64,000 bases of DNA, taken from Antedon mediterranea (Eukaryota; Animalia; Echinodermata). A program made the position numbers and the translations under genes. The stretch is from assembly GCF_964355755.1 (NCBI RefSeq), contig NC_092676.1:5929888-5993887 (forward strand). Reading direction: 5' to 3'. The notes beneath the pieces were generated by a model. The model saw only the letters and a program-made list of their open reading frames with translations. It had not been told where the DNA came from and did not search any database. Below are positions 42,836-53,345 of the stretch, piece by piece; position 1 is the first letter of the stretch; each line of letters begins with the position of its first letter.

Positions 42836-45102
42836 CTAATTGCGATATTTAAGTTCGATCTGTTTAATATTCTGAATTGATCCCCATTTTAAAGCAGCAG
42901 CATGTGGGGCATTTAGGTTCGTTAAAGAGCAGTCAATACATCTCACCACTCCTGACTTGAACCACCAACCAGTTCCGGCTGAATACTCACTACAGCTAAT
43001 ACCATCAACCACTTCTTCTTCATTATTATCAGACGACGAGTTATCAGAAGAGGAGAACATTTTTTCGTCGACAATCTCGTCATTAAATGTCTCATCGTCA
43101 ATGCACAGAAGGTCGTCATTCAAATCGCGCGTACTGAACGGTTGGTTGTCATTGTAACTCAGACTATCACCTGCATTCCCTTCAATATGCGTGAATCTAG
43201 CCCTGTACCTGATGTTGAAAAGGTAAGGATTATTGACTAAAAAGGGATCAATTAACTTTGTTGGTGACTTCTTAGGCCTAGTCTAAAGGAAAGATAGTCT
43301 ACATAGTACACTACCAAACTTGATCAAACTCGGACTTTGGACAGAAAGGCTTTGATAGTATAGGCCTAGAATGCAGTTTGGAAAACTTCGGTGAATTGAA
43401 GAAAACTATATAACGTTAAGCCTAGTATCTGTACTAGAAAACATTAAGGCTTATTTACACTATCAAACTTTATGTAACAACAAAATGTGAAGTGCCCATA
43501 TGGACATGATGATGTTATATCACTACCATATTTGCACATACTGCTACCATTTTGGGCACATCACATTTTTTTGTCAACCTAGTTTGATAGTGTAGACAGA
43601 GCTTTAGTTTGCAAACTTGAACAAACTTATGGTTTAGCAAAAAAGATTTTCCAAAGTGTAGATCATTTTACAAACTTCGACAAAATGCAGAAGTTATTAT
43701 GCCGTGCACCTACTGGACCAACTGGTCTGCTGAAATTTATAAGCCAAAAATATCTTATCTAACTTATGATTAATAATTATAATATACAAAGTAGGTATGT
43801 TGCTTGATAGCTAAAAGACCTTATGAATTACCGGCTGTTTTCAACGATTCCAAACGAATATGTTGCATAATACTCATTTCCAGAGTAGTCAGTTATTTCA
43901 ACACGCAGTACTCCATTTGCCGATCCTTCACTTAGTTGGTAAATATTTTCCAATCCAAGCCAGTATTCATCATCAACCGAACCGAAGCCATTGACATATT
44001 CATCCCAAGTGTTATTGAATGGACAAGAACCATCGGAACGCCTCTGAATGACTGTCCATCCTCCGTCGTCGGTGTCCATGTCACAGATGACGTCAACTGG
44101 TGCAATGGACGTTAGATCAATCTGAAGGACTCCGCTCAGGTCATGACCTGCGTCTTGGTATTGCTGGCAGCTGACTGCTATGCCACTGAAGCTACTAGCT
44201 ATGGAATCGATAGAACATGAATATAAAAAATACGTTATCCATAATCATCATAATAATAATAATCATGATCACAATCAATCTCGATTATTTAAGCTGCTAT
44301 TAATGATTTTGAACTTACATAAAGTACACTTAGGCCCTGTAAATCCATCCATGCAAGTACACCATTGAAAAGAGGACCCGGGACAAGATCGGTCTTGTAG
44401 GTTATAACTACCTGTGACATCGTAGCAGCATTCAGAAAAATTGCCAGCAGAGGGCTAGAGTAAAAAATCAATTTCATTAATAGATTTTATATTCAATTTT
44501 ATTTCAATTCACTTCAATGTTTGTCTTTTTAATGTATTTTATATGTATAATTATGTATTGCCAAAGGAAATTCAAATTTCCAGAGAGACCAATGGTGTCT
44601 TGAATCTTTCTACTTACTGACAAAAAAGATGCAGTACACAGATAATAGTGCAAAAACAATAATGCGAAACTATCAGATAAAATATCTAATTATCTGGTAA
44701 CAAACGTTTACTCGAATTCTACTCGAAAGAGTCACGAGATTGTATTTTGACGGAATATAAAATTATTTTTTTTCAACCTACCTCACATGAATCCGTGTCA
44801 ACGGTTGTGACGTAAACGTATTGCTGATCGTCCGATAAAGATTCTGAGCTTTCAAATTCAGAATTTATTTCACACATCGAAAGTCTTTCTGCATAATTCA
44901 ACGACTTACAGTCATACCGACGAGTGCAAAGTGCCAAACACTCTGCCAACGAATATGTTTCATCTACCGCATCAATAACCTGGTTTTCCAGACGTTTACC
45001 ATTCTGTTTTATCATAAGAGTAAATGCCGAACAATCGTCTGATCGTACATAACTCGTATGGAGTGCAAACAATGCCAATAAAATTGCAGCTTTTTCGAAC
45101 AT
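42836..45102 (-). CDS. Secreted PAN/Apple + EGF-like + fibrinogen C-terminal (FReD) protein, 4 exons
   Basis: Exon 45102..~44782: signal peptide and PAN (ECLALC...CKSLNY...CEIN). Exon ~44454..44319: ECC...CTCMDGFTGPKC. Exon 44198..43832: SCQQY...VICDMDTDDGGWTVIQRR...GFG...EYWLGLENI. Exon 43208..42836: GNAGDSL...FSTRD...GWWF...NLN. Phases 0, 1, 2 are compatible. Confidence 0.85.
43447..43605. mobile_element. MITE family A copy in an intron of the fibrinogen-domain gene
   Basis: TACACTATCAAACT ... AGTTTGATAGTGTAGACAGAGCTT. Confidence 0.75.
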
Positions 45103-47089
45103 TGTTGCTCACGGTCTAAGAATGGACGTGAAATGATCTTTTTGAGCTACAGACGAAATGTTTAATATTCGAATTTTCTAATTAGGCCAATAAACACATA
45201 ATGGTGTAATACGTTATGTAAATTGACTTTGTAAGTGTATTCCTTGACCAACATCAAAGGTGAAAAATCGAATATCGATTCCTTTAATGGGTTTATTAAA
45301 ACGTTACGTCTTAGGTGTTATTTTGTAGAGGGCGCATTATTCAGCTGTTTGCTTATGGCCCAGGAGAAGTCAGTCTCTAGGAAACGTGACGTAAATTTAT
45401 TCGGTGAAGATAAGTTTTTTCACCCAATTCTGCAGCTGTCACTAGATAGAGTCTAACAGACTATCGCAAGTCACCTAGATACATGTCTGACTGTATTACA
45501 CTTTTTAAGTAAGTTCATATCTACAGAACATAATAACGTGATATTATGTATCCAGGGTACCCAATGCACCGGAAAGCAGAATACCGGGTTTATCGTATCG
45601 CTTGCCCAATCAGTCCGTAGTACTTTCCCGGGCGCGATTTTTTTTTTCGTACATAAGTTGGGAACCCCCTCATGAAACGTCACAAAATAAACATGAATAA
45701 TTCATCAGTTAAATTTGTTGTTCCGTGTGCACACAAGCGTATAGCAACAAGAAGTGATTGCACAACTGCGATACGATACTTTCTACAGTAGGCCTAGGAT
45801 TCTAAGTCAATTCACGTGATTGCCTTCGCGCACTCTTCTTCACACAAAATGTGTCGAGTCGAGGCTAATCGACAGCTAGGCAAGACATTAAACTAAGTAG
45901 TAATTCATTGGACATAGCCCAAAGAAAGCTTAGACCCACAAGAATAAAGAATGTGTATAATTTGTGTACTGTATTTTTTTTAATTCTGCTATTTTATTAT
46001 CAAACAATGCATGTACTCAAAGGAACTTTAAAAATGCGCGTATATGAACACATGAAATGGGAAGATTAGACCCACGAGAATAAAAAATGTATTTTTGTGT
46101 AATGTTTATTGTTTAATTTTGCTGACTTATTACTCGGATTGTGTCATACCTATAACACACACACACAGCTCTACTAGAATAGACATATGTTTAGAGAGAC
46201 TAATAATTAGGCCTTAGGTCTAATAGTATTAATAGAAACTATAATTTTAACACGTAATTCTTTAGTAATAAATTATATTAAAAACACTATCATAAACTAA
46301 AGGCTGATTATTTCGACAATCCACACAAAACGCCGCTATTCTTCTATGAAATCGCACACCGCAACAACAGCGCGGAGATATAGACAAGTTCTATTTCCTC
46401 TGAAATATGGTGTAAGAAGCATTTTTGGGTAGAAGCTGGGATCCACTTGATTTAGGATATTTCGACCTCGCTGATTACGAATATGGCGGATCCCAAGCAA
46501 AATTCGGCCATCTAAGCCCTTAATTTGCATAATTAAAAATGGCGGCCATTTTTTATAATTACCTTATATCTCGAGAACCACTAGTCACAGGTAATTAATT
46601 TTGGTGTCAAAATGTTTTAGATATATGTTTTTATATTCACTTTAATGACACATTTTCTCAAAAAATGGATGCAAGTCTTATTTCTGACATTTTGACCTTT
46701 GAACTTGATTTATCATATCTCAGTAACCAATAATCGGAGAGACACGAAATAGGGCTCAAATTGTTCAGAAACTATACATTCATATTTATTATAATAAAAT
46801 GTTTTTACAAAAAATGGCCGATTCTACAACTATTGACCTTTGAACTATTAGTCAAATATAATAATATAACTCTGAAAATGTTGGTCTTATGACATTTTTT
46901 TTTCTTTTTAAATTGTTTAAAACATGTGTGTTTCTATCCAGTCTAATGGCACATTTTGTAGAAGAATGGCCGATAGTATGGTTATTGACCTTTGAACTAC
47001 AGCATAGGCCTACTGTATAATAAATATAATATAATTGCATAACTATGAAATTATTTATACACAATAATAATTAGTAAAATTATAAAATT

Positions 47090-47625
47090 CACTGCCATCA
47101 AATATGATGTATTATGATTTATATAGATTTTTAAAAAGATGAACACGCAAGTTACATTTGGAAATTACCTGCCATCATTATGATGGAGTATGATTATAGA
47201 TTTTTAAAGATGTGAACATGTCAGCAACATTTGGAAATTACCTGCCATCAATATGATGGATTATGATTATAGATTTAAAAAAGAATTTGAACACGTCAGC
47301 TACATTTGGAAATTTGGAAATTACCTGCTATCAATATGATGGATTATGATTGTATAGGTTTGAAAGAAAATGTGAACACGTAAGCTACATTTGAAAATTA
47401 CCTGCCATCATATTGATGGCTTATGATTATAGATTTTTAAAGATGTGAACACGTAAGCTACATTTGAAAATTACCTGCCATCAATATGATGGATTATGAT
47501 TATAGATTTAAAAAAGAATTTGAACACGTCAGCTACATTTGGAAATTTGGAAATTACCTGCCATCAATATGATGGATTATGATTGTATAGGTTTGAAAGA
47601 AAATTTGAACGCGTAGCTACATTTT
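47090..47625. repeat. ~70-80 bp tandem subrepeat in the left Academ arm (inverted counterpart ~49945..50665)
   Basis: Unit core AAATTACCTGCCATCAATATGATGGATTATGATT; copy number differs between arms. Confidence 0.85.
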
Positions 47626-47683
47626 GGAATGAACATGTTAAGGGCATCAGTTTTGATCATTCATGCAAAGGTTTCCGTCATCT

Positions 47684-47685
<2 letters not shown>

Positions 47686-47729
<44 letters not shown>

Positions 47730-48518
47730 GTAACATTTATTTCTCTTCTTGTCATTCATAGAAAATAAAAATTAACAGTAAATATGATTAAAATAAAAGG
47801 GGCAGCATTCCTAAAAAGCGAAGCTTGTATAAGGCAGCCCATAGAAACTGAAAAAAAAAAAAAACAGGACAACACGGGAACCGGAAACAGGACAAAAACA
47901 GTAATGAAGACTTTTAGTTTCAGGGTACCGAAAAGACTAAATATCAAAACTACAATGAGTGAAAGGATAATTAAACATAACTAGATAAGAGGTGCCGTTT
48001 CAATTCAAAAGAAAAACTCTTCTTAGACAAAGCACTTTTTATATTAACTGGTACGTTATCCCAGTGTTTAGGACCAGTGAACTTAATGCTATGTTTAAAA
48101 GAAGTAGTTTTTAAAAAAGGAATACGTATTTGATTATTTGCGCTCCGAGTACTGTGGTTATGAAAATTAAGATTGAAACTAAATAAATCATCAAAGTGTG
48201 ATGGCAGGATCGAGTTTAGCCATGAATAGAGGAAAACACTGTTGAAGATGGTTAATAGCCTGAATTTTAAGAAGACCAAATGAAGAAAATAAAGGATTGG
48301 AATGGGATAAAGGAGGAGCATTTGCTATGTATCTTACGGTTTTCTTTTGGATCAATAACAGTTTGTTTAAGTAGGACGGGTATGTATTACCCCAAATAAT
48401 ATTACAGTAAGTGAGGTAAGGGAGGATTAGTGAACAGTAAAGAATCTGGAGTATGTTTTGAGGGATGAAAGACGATAATCTATATATGAACCAGAACTTT
48501 TAGATATTTTGTTTTCGA
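47686..48518 (-). mobile_element. 5'-truncated L2/CR1-group LINE inserted in the left Academ arm
   Basis: (ATTG)n tail at 47686..47727; ORF2 C-terminus ...SIKFTGPKHWDNVP...; flanked by CTTT on both sides; absent from the right arm. Confidence 0.8.
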
Positions 48519-48879
48519 CTTTAGCGTTGTTACAGCAGCATAAAGCTGTACATGGTAGTTTTGACTTCTTGCACCTACATCTATATGGTTATGCATCGTG
48601 TCTTGCATCCACAATAAATCATCTCTAACGAAGCAGTAGGAATAGCTTCATTTTTCAGAAGCACTGGTTGAAGTTTACCATTAGATAGCTCCCAACCAAA
48701 ATCTGTTGGTAATAGCAAATGCTGGATTGGCGATACAGCTTTTTTCCATACGAGTGATTGGAAGTGTGCTCTTTTTATATGCTGGTGCACTGCATCGCTT
48801 GTTGGAGGTATGCCTCTGGTTTTTTTTTTTAACATGGCATGCCTAACTTAAAACTGTCGATAAAGGACACCACCAGACA

Positions 48880-49883
48880 AAGATGAACCAAAACACAGCC
48901 AGCCAAATTGCTGGTCGAACTTTTTGGCATTACAAGAAAATAAAGCAGATCTGGCACGATTTCTATCAGAGGAGTTGATTCGTCAAGCTCCTATAGACAA
49001 AGAAATTGTCACAGCTGGTGGATTTATGGAAGAATCAGTTGTTAAATCATCAAAAGTCTACACGAATACGTTGTCTCTGGTACCAGATCATGGAGAAGCG
49101 GACACGCGACTTGTCATGCTGCCAATGTCCGATACGACACAGTTGTAGTTGCTTAGGGATACAGACGTACTGTGATTCTAGTGTCTCACTACCAAAGCAT
49201 GGTATCCAAATGGATGATGACAGGGACATCCAAAAAAAGAAAGTATCTATAAAAGACATTTTTCAAGCCTTGCCGGATGGTTCTGCAAAAGCACTGATTC
49301 CATTCCACACTATTAGTGGATGCGATACTACCTCATATCCAGGGAAGAGTTAAATTACATTAATACATACATACAGTAATTTAACTCTTCCCTGCTCATA
49401 TCTAAGTGGTCACTCAAAGGCATCGGCATGGGAAGTATTAAAAACAAATTATGAACTAATTAAAGACATGGGAGAAAACCTATCAGTGACCAAGTTATTA
49501 TGAAATCGGAAAGATTCATTTGCTACGTTTACGGTGTTGGGTCAAGTTAAAAGTACCAATGAAGTTAGGCATGCCATGTTTAAAAAAAACCAAAACCAGA
49601 GGCATTACCTCCAACAAGCGATGCAGTGCACCAACATATAAAAAGAGTACACTTCCAAGCACTCGTATGGAAAAAAGCTGTATCGCCAATCCAGCATTTG
49701 CCATCACCAACAGATTTTGGTTGGGACCTATCTAATGGTAAACTTCAACCAGTGCTTCTGAAAATTGAAGCTATTACTCCTTCGTTAGAGATGATTTATA
49801 GTGGACGCAAGACACGATGCATAACCAATAGATGTAGGTGCGAGAAGTCAAAACTACCATGTACAGCTTTATGCCACTGTTAA
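48880..49883 (+). pseudogene. Frameshifted C-terminal part of an Academ transposase (XPG-like + Cys-rich finger)
   Basis: ORF fragments 48924..49148, 49006..49353 and 49626..49883 carry consecutive conserved motifs in different frames. Confidence 0.7.
49340..49394. mobile_element. 55-bp hAT-like miniature element
   Basis: Perfect 19-bp TIR CAGGGAAGAGTTAAATTAC and perfect 8-bp TSD CTCATATC (49332..49339, 49395..49402). Confidence 0.8.
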
Positions 49884-52613
49884 CAACGCTAAAGATGACG
49901 GAAACCTTTGCATGAATGATCAAAACTGATGCCCTTAACATGTTCATTCCAAATGTAGCTTACGTGTTCACATTTTCTTTCAAACCTATACAATCATAAT
50001 CCATCATATTGATGGCAGGTAATTTCCAAATTTCCAAATGTAGCTGACGTGTTCAAATTCTTTTTTAAATCTATAATCATAATCCATCATATTGATGGCA
50101 GGTAATTTTCAAATGTAGCTTACGTGTTCACATTTTCTTTTAAATCTATACAATTATAATCAATCATATTGATGGCAGGTAATTTTCAAATTTCCAAATG
50201 TAGCTGACGGGTTACAATTCTTTTTTAAATCTATAATCATAATCCATCATATTGATGGCAGATAATTTTCAAATGTAGCTTACGTGTTCACATTTTCTTT
50301 TAAATCTATACAATTATAATCCATCATATTGATGGCAGGTAATTTTCAAATTTCCAAATGTAGCTGACGTGTTACAATTCTTTTTTAAATCTATAATCAT
50401 AATCCATCATATCGATGGCAGGTAATTTTCAAATGTAGCTTACGTGTTCAAATTCTTTTTTAAATCTATAATCATAATCCATCATATTGATGGCTGGTAA
50501 TTTCCAAATGTAGCTGACATGTTCACATTTAAAAAAATCTATAATCATACTCGATCATATTGATGGCAGGTAATTTCAAATTTCAAATTTCAACAAATGT
50601 AACTTGCGTGTTCAATTTTTTTTTTTAATCTATATAAATCATAATACATCATATTTGATGGCAGTGAATTTTATAATTTTACTAATTATTATTGTGTATA
50701 AATAATTTCATAGTTATGCAATTATATTATATTTAGTATACAGTAGGCCTATGCTGTAGTTTAAAGGTCAATAACCATACTATCGGCCATTCTTCTACAA
50801 AATGTGCCATTAGACTGGATAGAAACACACATGTTTTAAACAATTTCAAAAGAAAAAAAATGTCATAAGACCAACATTTTCAGAGTTATATTATTATAAT
50901 TGACTAATAGTTCAAAGGTCAATAGTTGTAGAATCGGCCATTTTTTGTAAAAACATTTCATTATAATAAATATGAATGTATAGTTTCTGAACAATTTGAG
51001 CCCTATTTCGTGTCTCTCCGATTATTGGTTACTGAGATACGATAAATCAAGGTCAAAGGTCAAAATGTCAGAAATAAGACTTGCATCCATTTTTTGAGAA
51101 AATGTTTCATTAAAGTGAATATAAAAACATATATTTTAAACATTTTGACACCAAAATTAATTATCTGTGACTAGTGGTTCTCGAGATATAGGGTAATTAT
51201 AAAAAATGGCCGCCATTTTTAATTATGCAAATTAAGGGCTTAGATGGCCGAATTTCGCTTGGGATCCGCCATATTCGTAATCAGCGAGGTCGAAATATCC
51301 TAAATCAAGTGGATCCCAGCTTCTACCCAAAAATGCTTCTTGATTCGTTTTCTAGGCCGTTTTTTGAGAAATGGAACCTGTCTAATAGGCCTAGAATCGT
51401 ACCGCACTTGTGTAATCACTTCTTGTTGCTGCTATACGCTTGGGTGCGCGCACACGGAACAAGAACATTTAACTGATGAATTATTCATGTTGATTTTGTG
51501 ACGTTTCATGAGGGGGGTCCCCAACTTATGTACGAAAAAAAAAATCGCTTCCCGGGCGATACGTTTGTAACAAATGTTCATTGGCTTACTCATTCGTTTG
51601 ATTCACTTTCCCACTTGCCCGTTTCTACGAAAAAGACCAGATAGACCTACAGTAGAACACTCTCTTAAGGAAACACATGTAAAAAGGGTCTTTCACACCT
51701 GTTCCGGCACGGTTCCGTTCCGGCGCCGGCAAATCCAATCGAACGTCAATGATTCGTTTTTAGGATGCGCATGCGTATTCGAGTTTCTGTCTGTCATACT
51801 CCCTTCTTTGACGAATTCTAGTTCCTTTGATTTTTCGTTTCAGCGAAATTTATTAGTTCGAATTATTTCAATTTTTTGCGAAGCGAAATATTGCTCAACC
51901 AATCGGAGCTCAGGAAATGAACTATGACGCTTTCATGAGCACTCATGCGAATCGAAATGCTCAGCAACCACGCGAGGAACACATGAACGTCGCAGCTACT
52001 CGTTCATGTAGTGGAAAGATATTAGGCGATTTTTTTCTCTTCAAAACGTTGGATTCGCGCGAATAAAATTCACCTAGTTGAAAATTGGCTTAAGAGGGGA
52101 TACTTTCCCGAGAAACAAAGGAATGGAAATATATGTCTTAGCGGCCTATCCTTATTCAGCGGGGTCCCGAAAGTGCCACCTCAAATACATGTATTGATTT
52201 TCGAATCGTTTGTTTACAATGAGCCACACCAAAGCCATAACAAATAAATAATAACGCAGATTACAATGTAATTATTATTACACTAAGTATTACACTAATT
52301 ATTCAAATACAGTAAGTTTATACAGAATTCTTAAAATACATTCACTTTCACAGAATAAATTTACTTATACATTTCTTTCACAAATTACATTGAAATATGC
52401 AATATTATTATTTAAAATAATATGTCCAAAAACAATAATTTAATAATTATTTTAAACAGGATTATGTTTTAACGCCTTCATGCAACCGTTTATTTAATTT
52501 TGTTAATTGTTGGGTTTGAAGTTGTTGTTGTTTACAGACTGAAATACATAAAACACAAGACAAAACATCGACAATTACAAATATTTTCTGAATTTTGGAT
52601 CGAAATAAAGATA

Positions 52614-53219
52614 AACTAGAGGGTACTCCGAGAGTACAAACCTCCGCCTACTGTAAAATTCCCCAACATAAAATGCCCCCTGAATATTTTTTTTTTTACA
52701 TTTTTTTGTATTAGTTCTAAGTGTAAATATGTTAACTGCACACTACAAAGTTGTGGATGAGAGTGTGGTGTAATGGTTATGTATCCAGCCTCTCACAGTT
52801 GAGATCGCTGGTTCAAGTCCCACTGAGGGTTTTTTTTTTTTTTTTATTATTTTTTTTTTTTTATTTTTTTTTTTTTTTGTGGACATTGATTTTTTACCCT
52901 GACCCTTCAAAATTTAACCACAATTATATGATGTGTCATTGATCATTGTGGCTAAGTTTGGTGAGAATCGGATCAAAACTGTGGTCTCTAGGCGGTAAAA
53001 TAGTTTTTTGTTAGTTGTGACCTTGACCTATGACCTTTCCCCTTCAAATTCAAACTCGTCCGAGCTTTTTGGGCATAGATCATTGTGTCCAAATTTGGTT
53101 AGAATCGGATAAAAACTGTGGCCTCCAGGCTGTTCACAGACACACACACAAACACACAAACACACAAACACACACACAAACATACAGGGGTGAAAACATA
53201 ACCTCCTTGGCGGAGGTAA
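52614..53219 (-). mobile_element. Helentron-associated non-autonomous element (HINE/DINE-1-like) carrying a tRNA-like segment
   Basis: Minus strand: TT-ACCTCCGCC-AAGGAGGT 5' subTIR/IR, (TG)n microsatellite, 3' subTIR GGCGGAGGT, hairpin GTACTC-tcg-GAGTAC, then CTAG-TT end. Confidence 0.7.
52757..52829 (+). pseudogene. tRNA-like Pol III segment (degenerate; not a canonical tRNA)
   Basis: A box TGGTGTAATGG (52766..52776), B box GGTTCAAGTCC (52810..52820), then a long T run. Acceptor stem does not pair well. Confidence 0.5.
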
Positions 53220-53345
53220 CAATGAAAGAAATTATCAATAGTGGCGTCAAAAGCAATACATGAATACATCAATTTATACTTAGCCTAAACCATTTAGTTG
53301 ACATTAACTTGACCTTTTTTTTAGGGAATTTATCAATTCATTTAT

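Larger units (their letters stand above)
46381..51384. mobile_element. Academ (AcademX-type) non-autonomous foldback DNA transposon
   Basis: ATA|TAGACAAGTTCTATTTC ... GAAATGGAACCTGTCTA|ATA (3-bp TSD, TAG..CTA termini). Arms ~1.6-1.8 kb. Relic XPG-like motifs HGEADTR and FHTISGCDTTSY, plus PPTSDA.HQHIKRAH and a Cys-rich CGCKTRC..RCRC..LPCTALC tail. This matches the XPG + Cys8 zinc-finger architecture described for Academ. Confidence 0.8.
45627..51556. mobile_element. Outer TIR element hosting the Academ insertion
   Basis: ~170-bp inverted repeats 45627..~45795 and ~51388..51556, both bounded by CCCGGG. No clear TSD. Confidence 0.7.

Noticed and set aside
46336-46530. Paired ORFs MQIKGLDGRI... 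(also 51225..51476)
   Set aside because: Chance ORFs in the Academ terminal inverted repeats.
52466-52538. Possible extra terminal exon of the PAN/FN3-like gene (good acceptor at ~52539)
   Set aside because: The preceding exon already ends in TGA followed by AATAAA, and no compatible coding donor was found; at most a UTR exon.
52757-52829. Functional tRNA gene
   Set aside because: Boxes are present but acceptor and anticodon stems do not form a clean cloverleaf; it lies inside a repeat.
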